Assembly: GCA_973895155.1 (NCBI GenBank) | Contig: OZ316897.1 | Span: 14,073,375-14,137,374, forward strand | DNA length: 64,000 nt | Direction of reading: 5' to 3' | Source: Marsupella aquatica | Taxonomy: Eukaryota > Plantae > Marchantiophyta | Shown: positions 13,247 through 24,701 of the stretch, one piece after another | Numbering within the stretch: position 1 is the stretch's first letter | Layout: the number at the start of each line of letters is the position of its first letter | The notes under the pieces: model-generated | Told to the model about the DNA's origin: nothing | The model's database searches: none | The model's input: the letters and a program-made list of their open reading frames with translations, nothing else | Program-made: the position numbers and the translations under genes

Positions 13247-13859
13247 GAGGTATTTCCTTGATGGACCCAAAAACTGAAAAATGTTACTTGATGACCTCCC
13301 TGGTAATCTGGGTACATAAGGATGCCTCAATTTTGAGGCCACTACATTTTTGGTGGTCCGAGTCGTGTTAGGCGCCGACAGGGTGAGAAGAAGAATGGGC
13401 AGCCCTGATCTGGACTACATACAGTAGCCGCAGGAAGAGCCCGTTTTCAATGAGATTTTTGACTGTTGCATCGCCGGCAACTCAAGAAGAGGTGACACTG
13501 GTTATTGATCGCACACCTCTATGGAGCACAGGGCAATCGATCAGGCAGAGACTCTTTGTGAGGAACCGAAGGCCAGAGTGTCCCGACTATGAGTTCTTTG
13601 CCTCACATATCCAATTCTGAAAACCGCCCAACTCCCATCATGTGTGGGTCACTGAACCTTTCAAAATTGCAGGTTCTGAAGTTAGAGTGCAGGAGAGACC
13701 TGCCCGTGACTGTAAGGCCAGTCATACTAACCTGACCGTCAAATTTTCTGCAGCTTCAATTTTAAGTCCCCCAATTGATTTAGATCTAAGTGTATGGATC
13801 AGTCATGGATTGATACACTACTTAACTTCTCATTTTGGGGTCCCTCAAGCATATATCTC
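13247..13859. mobile_element. MULE-like TIR element of the GAGGTAT family with an unrelated internal sequence
   Basis: GAGGTATTTCCTTGATGGACCCAAAA at 13247 and TTTTGGGGTCCCTCAAGCATATATCTC ending at 13859; TSD not cleanly preserved. Confidence 0.65.
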
Positions 13860-14481
13860 TTCTTTGTTTCCTCACAAAACTTATCCCTTTGAAGATTTGA
13901 AAAGAAAAAGTACCCTGCCCCCCTCATTGCCCGTCCTCGACTGTACAGAAAAAGTACATTTACGTACAGTACTGTAGTTCCCCGCCTGCGCGCCTGCCCG
14001 AGTGCCCGGCCCGCTCCTGCACTGCCCGATGCTGCCCGCATATTGCCCCTTGCAAATCTGCTGCCGTCAGCTTTTGTGGCAGAGCTACGTCACTGCCCCA
14101 TCGCCCGAATTGGGTCTGGCAACAAAAGGACAAATAAAATAAAATGGAGGACATCATTCTTCTGCGTGCATGGAATGTCATTGCCTCCATCAGCCCGTGT
14201 CATCCCACAGACCGTGAACCTGCCCCCCTCATAACTTCTCTGCACGTCATACTTTATCTGATTTCCCAACATTATTATGTGACCGTCGGATCAAGGATGA
14301 TCATCGGGGCGTCTCAAACCTGTCCAACCCTCTTTCTGGGGTGTCCTGGGATTGACAAGTGGGTTTGGCATGAGTTATGGGAGAGTGGACACTAATAACT
14401 CTAGAGGGTTATTTATTTTGACTGACGTCACAAAGACCTGAATGCAAGGTGTGACCCTCATATTCTTGACATGGATTAACC

Positions 14482-14644
14482 GAGTAATTTGTTTGATGAG
14501 ATCACAAAATAAATTGAGTTTGTATAATAGGGCCCCTGAAGTTTTGTTTGGGTACGTGTATTCAAGGTGAATCGACGGTCTGCATCATTCAGGGGTCCTA
14601 TAAAATAACAAGTTTCATTTTGGGGTCCCATCAAACAGATCCTG
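14482..14644. mobile_element. MITE of the GAGGTAT TIR family (~160 bp foldback)
   Basis: GAGTAATTTGTTTGATGAGATCACAAAAT...GGCCCCTGAA pairs with TTCAGGGGTCC...ATTTTGGGGTCCCATCAAACAGAT. Confidence 0.7.
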
Positions 14645-14789
14645 AAGTTGCTCTTAGGGGTTGAGTGTTGATGGTGTGAATGGTCACTTCACGGCGCAAA
14701 GATACCATGGAAGGCCTATTAGATTCTGGCTGGTGGGGTCTTTTGCAAGGTGGGACTCTGTCTAATGAGTGTAGTAATGTTCTGTTTAG

Positions 14790-15150
14790 AGGGATAGTAG
14801 GGTATAATGCCCCTAGAAAAGGCTAGCTAGGTTTTCAGAGGCTATTATTGCCATGATGATCCGGGAAACAGGACCTTCACTACACTTCATTAAAAGCCTA
14901 AGATGTTTTTCTTGTTTCTAGTTTTGGTAAACTGGAGGAGAATCTTCGTAACCAGATGATCTAAATTTTGACCGGTCATACTTCTCCTACAGTACATTGC
15001 CTTGAAAAGAGAGAAATCACGGAAGCATTAGTAAGTGATGCATAAAACCAAGCCAATTTTGGTCAAAAGAGACAAAAACTTTTGGAGAGACGGTACTGCC
15101 AATTTTGACCACTAAGAAAAAGCTGCAATAACCATCTCTCCTTAATAAAC
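14790..15150 (-). repeat. Dispersed repeat family B, copy 2 (inverted)
   Basis: The reverse complement aligns by eye with 12205-12620. Confidence 0.6.
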
Positions 15151-17192
15151 ATGCACGCTCAAAGCTGCTCTGCACGTACTATGATGACACAGCCCCGAAA
15201 TGCAAGGGGAAAAAGTAGTCACGAAAAAGCAAACGTTGCTCCTCGTTTTGTGTAACCTCTTCACCAGAAAATGAGTTGGTCATTTGAAACCCCCACGGAC
15301 CATTTCACAAAATTTGGATTTAATTGTAATAACTTGATGACCATAAATTCAAATAATTTTAGGTTTTGATGATGCTAGAGGAGCAGATAAGTACACTTTC
15401 ATCAAAGGGACAGGATTTTTGGAAAATTTTGGTTGTGTATTCATTATAGAATGCAGAGAGGTCAATTCTATTAGATTAATTTTCATTGTGTTAGTATGAA
15501 ATATTAGTGCATTTCAAAGCTCCAAAATTATGGGTGATGGCATTTGGTCATAACATTAACTTCTTCACATTATGTAAAAGTTTATTTTTCCTTGTCATCA
15601 GCCTCTGCAATGACTAGTGGTAATGGCATACGACAAATCTTTATGGCAAAAAGTTATTGACTCAAAAAGTTATTGACTATGAATTTAATTTTTCCGTGAC
15701 TTTTTGTGTCCGTAACCCGTAACTAGGGAGTTAAGATCCATCAAAATTGTCATCTTTGAGACACCCTATTAGGGCTTGTGTTTTCTTTTGTCTCTTCCTT
15801 ATCTAGTTGCCTTGCCGATGAAAACTTAAAAATTGATTTTAAGATTCATAATCATCAAGTTATAAGCCCAGAACTCCCATGGACCACCAAAATGTGGTCA
15901 ACGGGAGCACTTTGTCCAATATGGTGGTCCATCTGGACTTCAATTTCCCGTTCACCAGGCAGGCTAAATTTTTAAGGTTTTTCCTTGCTCCTTGTTTTGC
16001 CTAAGCTCTTGGCCAACATAATTTCCAGGAGTTTTTTTTTGTCACATTCTATGACAAAGAGGATACTATTGTCTTCCCCCAAAACACAGCGCTGTGGCAT
16101 TGTGCTCAAGAATGGAAATTTGCAAGTCCTGTGACAAATTTGAAGGTTGAGGTTGTGGTTGAGTTGGAGAGTGTGATTGAATTCTGAACCTAAACATTGA
16201 GTACAACGGTAGAAAATTCAAGAATGATATGAAAATTTCAATACTTGAACACAATGCCAACATTGAAACACTATGGCAACAAGTACCAAAATGAAAAAAC
16301 CCGGGGTCCTCACTTCTTTTCTTCCAACCCATCATGTGTGAATATGAATAAGTATAGAGTTTTTTATTGGGTTTAGAGAAAGGATTTTAAAATTTTGTTG
16401 AAGAACATTATGGTTGTTTTAATCCAGTTTTGAGAAATATAAGAATCATAGGGTTTTTTCACTAAAATTTTTGCCACACTGCTCTTCAGCCTCATGCAAG
16501 ACACAAATAAGTATCATGATTTTTGTCCGGCTTACAGAATATTTTTCAGTCCTTGTGAAATCTAGAAACAATTCTGTCATCTAAGTTTTGACATTATACT
16601 AAGCTTCTTGTTGCAACTTTGGGTTATAACTATTTTAACTCCAAAAACAATGACGAAAAAAATATTATATTTTTAGTTAAGATACTTTGAAGCTGAAAAA
16701 GCTCAGGTGGATTGGAACTTTTGCTCTGAAGCCCAAATGATCTGAGCAAACCTGGATGTACTGGAGCCAACCACACAAATACGCTTGGATAAGGTTGTTT
16801 ACAATTTTATCCTAAAAGTAACCTGTAATGGCCAGGTTGTGGCTACTCACCAATGACTGTAAGATTCTCCCGTTTTTTGAGATTTCAGTAAGTAAGTAGA
16901 AAGTCTGTACACTCCAAGATCCAATTTATTGTCCTCCAATCATCCGGTCCAGATTCAGGATTAATTACTTTCATTTCAATAAGGGGTCTCAAGCCTAAAA
17001 TTTTTTACAGACCTTAACTTGGTGGTTAAGGTAATGAACATAAAAAGTTATCAAGTACCAAATTCATGATCATAAAAATCAGATATATCTCCTGACCAGG
17101 CTAGTGGAAAAACACGTCATTTGTTTACGGCATACAATCATCATAATGAATTATGAGGCTTTGAGACACAAATTTATATTGTTATCCCGATG

Positions 17193-17328
17193 GAGGTATT
17201 TGTTTGCTGGGACCGAAGATGACAAGTTTAGCTATAAGACCCTTGAAGATTTAGGTACCGTTGATTGAAGGTCTATCAACGTCAATCAAGTAAACTTTTC
17301 AATTTGTAGGCCATCAAACAAATACCTC
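17193..17328. mobile_element. MITE of the GAGGTAT TIR family (~136 bp)
   Basis: GAGGTATTTGTTTGCTGG at 17193 and CCATCAAACAAATACCTC ending at 17328. Confidence 0.75.
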
Positions 17329-18897
17329 CAGTCCGAATCCAACGTTTGAAGAATGGTTCGTGTGTTCTCGCGAACCGAGATAGCACTACGGTACATGCTC
17401 GGGCAGGGAGGACCACGTCACCGGTCGGCTGGATGGGGCGGTCATTCGGTCATCGTCACTCACTCAGCTCGCCTGGTCAGGTGGGGCCCTGCCCACTGCC
17501 CGAGTCCCAGACCCGATGGATCTATGTGGACGAGTACTGTGTCTGCACGCCGACCACTCCCACAGTTCGCACAGTACTCCCACAGTACTCCCACAGTGGT
17601 TTGCAGCTCCGGATGACGTATTTGCAACGCCACGGAAAACAGCGGGCAGGGCGTGCTCCCCGGGCAGCGGGCAGAAATGGTTAATTTTCTGATTCGGGCA
17701 GGAAGCCTGTGGGCCATGCTGGGGAAACCTTTTTCTGCCCACGCCCTCCGCCTCATTCGTCTAACGTGAGTCTGTGTTCTTCTTTCTCACCAGAGGAGTG
17801 ACACACAAATCAAACAGTGAGGGGTGTCATCATCGTGTCACCGCTTATATTCCAGGATCCTGTCTCCCGGTATGGCCCTTTTTGTTCTTTTGGCAGTGAT
17901 ATGTAGATATATACTAAGAATAGATACGACAGTATTGGAGGAACAGAAAGTGGTGCTGTGAATAAGAGTGTGTGCTATTCGAGTTTCGTACGTTTTCTTA
18001 GAGGCTTGGTTTGAAATTTTCCACGACCGACATTCGTTCTTTCAGTACGCTGACTCCTAGAGGAAAAACGAAACTTAAAGAGATTCGTTAGAGCACAAAC
18101 TAATCAATTTATTGACATTTGAGAGTGTCGGACAAAAGTGTCGGGAGTGTTTTGTTAATCTTGGAAACTGATTTACAACTCATATTCTAGTACTCTAGTA
18201 ATATAATGTTCTTAATATATGATGACAAACGCTGATTGATCAGTATTTGCATTACTTTGAGCGAATAAAGGTGAAGTCTGGGGAAATTATTTTTGATAGT
18301 GCGCTGTAATTGGGGACAAACTTAACTTTTAGGGAAGTGCATGCGTGGCCTGATTGTTGCTAGGGATAATCCATCTCTTTTTCCTTCTCCTTTTGTTGAA
18401 GAATTTGAGTTTTATGTCCATGGGTTATATTTGGAGTCATGAGTTGGGATAATATCTTAATATCCTAATCTAATCAAGGGTTAACTGACCCTAAACTAGT
18501 GGGAACTAGAGTCAATTCTTGGCATGCCCCGTATCTCTAGATTTCTTTAGTATCTAGTAAGTTCAATAAGAAATTTTACTTCTTCACTTCTTATGTATTT
18601 GCCCAATGGTGGAGAGTTTTGAATGAAACAGTTCAGAATTTTTTTGAGTTTGAAAATGTGAAAACTGTTGATAGGGCAAGCAAGGTTGCAGCTGTACTCT
18701 TTTGTGCGTCTTAAAAGTTTGTTGAGTCCTCAAAATAGGGTAATTGATCTCAAGAGAATCTGATAAGTTTAGAGTAAATTTTCAAAGAAGTTCATCTATG
18801 CACTGCTGAAGGATTGTGCAAAACAATGAAACTCAGTAAGATTCACAATTCATGTTCAATCAATGCATGTATATTTGCAGACACTCATTTGAAACTA

Positions 18898-19500
18898 CCA
18901 TTTGTTACTAACCTATTGCCCAATCTGACCATAATTACCTACCTGTCCCCGGGCCTGTCCCCCAAACTATTTTAATTCCCAAGTTGACCCTTTTTATGTA
19001 TGTGGGTTTACTGTAACTCCCCTACTTGTTCTATCCTAACCCGGATGCAATAAGGAAGCCAGGAAAGGTGGGCTATGTCGTTGGTCAATCATGCCTTGGC
19101 AGGATCAAGCCAGCTTGCGGCTAGCATTTTTTTGAAATTCAATGTTGCAAAAATAAGGGGGCAGTGAAGGGAAGGAAGGGATGACGTCAGGCCTGCCTTT
19201 GCGGGTGCATTGGGGCGGGGAGGAAGCCGGGGCCGGGGCTGCCTTATTGCAATGCGAGGGAGCAGGCCCAGTACTCCCTTAATTGTCGTGAAGGGAACTA
19301 GTCGGCCCAATTTAGGGTAGAAAAGGCTGGGTTTTGGCGTGGCCAATCACGCCTTGCCATGTGTCAAGGACCAATAGGGAATGACCTTGAGTTAAGTACA
19401 GGAGTTAAAGTAAACCCATCAGGAAACCCATATACAGTAGACTTACGAATGCAGGTTGATAATTATGGTCAGTTTGGGGGATAGATTAGTTAACAACTGG
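18898..19500. mobile_element. Non-autonomous MULE-like element with ~110-130-bp TIRs, 9-bp TSD and GC-rich core
   Basis: Left CCATTTGTTACTAACCTAT..CTGACCATAATTA..GGGTTTACTGTAACTCC vs right GGAGTTAAAGTAAACCC..TAATTATGGTCAG..ATAGATTAGTTAACAACTGG; flanks TTGAAACTA / TTGAAACAA (1 mismatch). Confidence 0.8.
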
Positions 19501-21180
19501 TTGAAACAATTTACTACTTAACATGGTAACAAGTTTTATAGTGGTTCTACTCACAGATTGAATTTCTACATAGTACAATGGAATTTGATATGATGTACCA
19601 CTTAAAGTGAGATCATGGTAATTAGATTATGTTCAGGCATATTATGCTGCCTGCCGATCACATGTCTGAGCGTGCATGCACCATCATGGAGTAAGGGACA
19701 GCGGGGGGACAACACAAGGGAGTGGAAATTCCTGGACCGCATGTATAAGTCCAGATACTTGTCATTAGGCTTTGCAACAGTTGAATTGCTTGATGTCTGA
19801 TTGAAATTTGCAGGCACTAATCCACAAGGTATACTTTCCCTACCTGTAGGACTCATGTTTGCAGAAATCGGCTAGCCGTGATGGCTTCCAAATCAAGCAT
19901 CATGTCTGAGGTGGTGAGCATTGTAAGGAGCACTTGAGCAACTTGACAAGGATTCTCCAGCACTTGAAGAGATATTTAGTTTGGTTGGAGGAGGGCAATC
20001 ATGGCTTGCCTGGTATAGACATTGTGTTGCAACTCAAGGTGGTTTGACTGCAGCTTCTTGAGGTGTATTCTATCATGTATAAGACACTTAAACTGATGGA
20101 AAATGACAATCGCCTTTTAGCACAGGGTTGGTGATTAGCTACTAACGACTCTGAGGATCTGAGATGCTTACAGCTTAGTGAATACAGGATTGAGTTGCCA
20201 TTGGCCTCCCTCACAATATCTCTATCCTGGCTTTTAATTTGCTTTGTTAGGCCTGAGAGCATGGATGGTTCTTGACAAAAAATGTCAATGGAGATGCCAT
20301 GGACCTCCCTCTCAAGTTTATCTTGCATTTGAAATTAGAGTATAGAGAGTTTTGATGTTGAGCAATCCTGGGGATGCCACTTAGCTCCATTTTAGGCAGC
20401 TGATAGTATGGCATTTTGGGATCAGGCCAATCTGGTCACATGATTTAACAATTGCATTATTGAACTATGTTCTACATTCAGACTTCTCTTGGTGTTTTCT
20501 CCATGATTCCTGTATACATACTTCTCTAAATTTGTTGTGTCATCCACTGAATGGAACCTTGCCGTAACCTGACCACGGGCCAGTCTCATGGAATGTCCTT
20601 CTCCTGTTGCAGTATCTAAATTCCTTATTTGGCTGCCTCCTTCCTTGGGGGCTTAGTTTCTTTCCTTGCCCCGGCCATACCGGCTTTCCTTGGCACTTCG
20701 ACTTCTGGTCCTCTTTTGGTGTTGCCCTTGTGGCCACCTTTTTGTATGTTGTCTTTGTGAATGAAATTCAAAAAGATCTTTCAAGGCAAATAAATAAATA
20801 AAAATTTGGTATGTCATGTGTAAACATAGCACTCACTCCCCACACCCTACACTTGTGTTTGCCAGTGCTCACACCTCGTAGGCCATTTCATTCACCACCT
20901 GAACCCCTACAGGTTCCTTCCAGTTTGCAACTAAGTCTGCTGGCTTCTCAGGTTAACTTGTCACAAGGCAGACTGCAGCCCAACTGCAGACCCATCCAGT
21001 AAGTTTGCCACAAACCAAATTTGACATGATCCTGGTTGGCGAGTGAAAGAATGGCGTCCCCCTCCCAGTAGCCACCTCTCCTGCATGGACCCATGGGGAG
21101 TTTGCCAGTTTGGTGAATCCCCCAAAACCTTAAACATTGCGCTGGCACCAAATTCAGAATTCACAATTTTTTGTCAGAAA

Positions 21181-21252
21181 GAGTGATCATGTGAGATGAA
21201 GTAAGAGTGATCATATGAGATGACGTAAGAGTGATCATATGAGATGACGTTA
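21181..21252 (+). repeat. 3 x 24-bp tandem repeat
   Basis: GAGTGATCATATGAGATGACGTAA x3 with minor variants. Confidence 0.9.
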
Positions 21253-22469
21253 GAAACAAATTAAAAAGAACTTTTACACCACCATGTGAAAAGTTAAGAC
21301 CATTTTCTAAAATGGCCAAACACGACCTTGTGGAAAGTTATAAGGCCGTTTTTTTAATGGCGAAACGCCCTAGTGCCTAAGATTTTGTGATAAAACAATT
21401 TCCATTCATAAGAATCTCGTGCGGAGCCAAGGATTTGTGGGTCAGCAGGTTGTTGAACGAGTTTTCACTGGCGATATCAGATACTTGTTGAACAAAATTC
21501 GCCCTCTCACGTAAGATTTTGTGATAAGTTTTTAAATGGCCAAAAAGGTCTCGCGCCTAAGATTTTGTCATAAAACAAAATTCCATTCAAAACGAATCTC
21601 GTCAAAGCCAAAGATTTCCAGCGGGCAGGGTCAGTCTTCAACGAGTCTGTCGGGCAGGGTCAGTCTCTTGTTGAACAAAATTCACGGGCAGGACCTGATG
21701 GCAGAAAGTTCAGGGGTCAGGAACAGTAAAACAAGGAAAGAGAACAAATTTCGCAAAGGAACGTAGAGGAATATTTTTGTGGGCCTTTGGGGAACAAGTT
21801 TCGAGGCAAATAGAAACTTCGGTAGACCATTATATTGTTCCTCACGACTCCCATGGATCCCTTCCTTTAACCTTTAGAGTGGACCCAGTCTAACTGCAGA
21901 TCTCAGTAGACCACTACGTTGTCCCTCACGAGTCCCATGGACCACTTAAACCTTTAGTTTAGTGTCTAAGTGTCGTCTCACAGGAAGATGCTACAAGCTT
22001 GCATATCACCATGATATGCAACTATGTTATAAGTACATGGGATATATTTTATGCTCTTCTGCAATTGTGCACGCTCTGCACTACCCTATAAGTGTCTGGG
22101 AAAGTGCATATTGTACAGAAATGCACTTATGTCCTTTAACCACAATTGAGATGTTATGGGGGGTTTGTGTATCTAATAAAGGATGCTCAAAGCTAAAATA
22201 ATGGCCCCTTACCTGAAGTAAAGCCCCTAGGAGGTGACTCTGAGAGCACAGGAGTTGCACCTGGTAAAATGAAAAATGGGCATCATTGGTAGTCACCATC
22301 TCTGTACAAGCAAAGCTTGGGTATTCGGCTACTTAGAAGAATGCTTTTAGGGACTACATGGCCCCTGCTGGTAATCACATCAAAATGTGACTGCATTCAT
22401 TGATCGGAAAGAAAAAAACAAGGATTATTACCATATGCAGGGGTGTCATACATAGTATATGTCATATTT

Positions 22470-22562
22470 TGTCATATTTTGATGTGCAGTTACTGAGACC
22501 TCTACATGGCACTATTATGTCATATTTTGATGTTTAGTTACCGAGACCCCTACATGGCACTC
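22470..22562 (+). repeat. Tandem duplication, unit ~48 bp
   Basis: GTCATATTTTGATGT..AGTTAC.GAGACC.CTACATGGCACT occurs twice. Confidence 0.8.
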
Positions 22563-24529
22563 AGACACTAATCCACGGAATGCAGTATCCACAGTGCACT
22601 TATGAAAGGTAGACCGTACAGCGTGTGAGATTTGCTGCCTACGTAAATTTATGAGCAAGAAAGCAATGAACTCGATCAGCTTTGTCAAGAATGTACACGA
22701 CGAAGTGCACAACGTTCACAAGAATTCGATGTAGAGCACAGAGCCCGTCTCAAGATTGTTATGTGATAGGTGTGGTGGTGATCTCATACGAGATTGAAAA
22801 ATGGAAGAAATGAATCAATTGGAGAACAAATACACAGAACGAAAATGGTGGAAATGAATTTGACCGAAATTGGTGGAAGCGAATCCCTGCTTCTACATGG
22901 CCCTGTGGTGAACATGGTGGAGTTTCCGATGAAAGCGTATTCACTGCTAAGACGGCTTCTTCCTGTGAAGCTAACTCGAACGACCAGGATCAGAGCAATT
23001 GAGTCAAAGGAGTATTATGTAGCTAGGGAGAACGATTCTAGTCAGTTTACGTACGGATCGATAGTCTTCAACCTGAGATCTTACTAATGATGCATGTACC
23101 GAAGAGAATGGAATTGGAGAGTGTGCAATGCGACGTGTAACACCGTTGGACAGAATGATCTACAAAAGGGTCTTAGAGAGCGATTCATCGAGTTGGGCAT
23201 CATTCTGTTTCGTTGTTCGTAAAACATTCACCCTTTCAGAGTATCTGCCGAGAGAGAGAACAAGAGTAGAGATCGAGTGGGGATCACTCGTGAGGCGTTC
23301 TTTTTGTGTATATTCCAAGTCGAGCTGCCTCATTGTGTTCATTGAGAGAGATGACACAAAACCGGCTCGAAGACAGAATACCGTGGGTTAGTCATCGAAT
23401 CACATTACAGGTCATTTTCTGGACAGCTTTGTAAAGTATCTCATCCGAGCACTTTTAAAACTTTCTGCACGGTCCTGGGGACATGGGGTTGTACCGGTCC
23501 ATATGGGAGCATGATGAACAAGGCGGTGGTCTACTGAAGCTTCATGCTGCAGAAGACTCTCTCCGGGTAGCCGAAACTTTCTAGTGGTGGCAGGTGAACT
23601 CTGATAGTCATACTGATTCTACGGGATTATTTAACTGAGTGATTCCGAGGCAAAAGTATTCTTCCGACAATAGTTTTGCATGCATTCGATTAGAAAACAC
23701 AGTAATATTATGGAGAACGGAACTTTTCCCCTAGCGAGATGGCGTGGCTCGATGATGTACGCTGCTGTTCTATGGGATGGAATTCTCTAAATGAACAATT
23801 TCGAGGCAAAAGTATTCTTCCGGAGAATAAATAATGTTCTAAACAAGTCCGTGGCTGGCTTTGGAAAGGGAGCCGGGTTTCATTCAACCGAGTCTGACGG
23901 CCCTCTCCTTCCAAAGCCCCATCATACCGTTAGAGCATTTGCTGGGTGAAGAGGAATCGGAAGGTTTGGGCTAATTATTGAACGTGGATTCTTTCATCCA
24001 GAGGGCTAGTCGACGCTCAATTTTCGCCAGCAATGAGCGAGAGAATCTTTATCGAGCCTTTAGTTGAAGACTGGATTGTGACCTGGTGCAGCTATCGATC
24101 ACGATCTTAGATCTCCCTGCAGAAAGCATCTTGTGATCTGGATACGTGAATTTGACTTCGATGTGGAAGCCCTCAGAAGTCCTTGAAAAGACTACTGATG
24201 AGCATGATAACAACCGGGTTCAGGTTGCCAAACAGGAGCCAATTATTGTGAACATGGCGCCCAACTATTCACCCCTTGGACTTTTACTAGAAAAAGCTGG
24301 GAGGAGGGAGAGGCATCAGACGACCTTACATTTACTTTAAAACTAATACCGGATTCTCCACGCGCATGCGCTGTGGTAACTGTACTTGTCATCGGCCCCT
24401 CTACTGTACAATAGACCAAGCTCGCTACTCCAACGCGAGGAACTGAGCACAGAGCACGCCTGTAATATGAGCTGGTACATATTTAGAATCTTCTCAACAT
24501 CCAGTTCCATCGTTAATGTCTACTCATTA

Positions 24530-24701
24530 GAGCTCTAAATCATCCCGATTTTAATCTGATGGTCCGGAAGTCTTGACTTCAGCTCGGCAAACGATGCACA
24601 TTCTAGGAATCAATTAGATTTTAAATCGTCCCAATTTTTAATCTAATGGTCCGGAACTCTTTGACTTAAGCTCGATAAACGATGCGCATTCTAGGAATCA
24701 A
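24530..24701 (+). repeat. Tandem duplication, unit ~87 bp
   Basis: TTTTAATCT.ATGGTCCGGAA..CTTGACTT.AGCTCG..AAACGATGC.CATTCTAGGAATCAA occurs twice. Confidence 0.85.
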
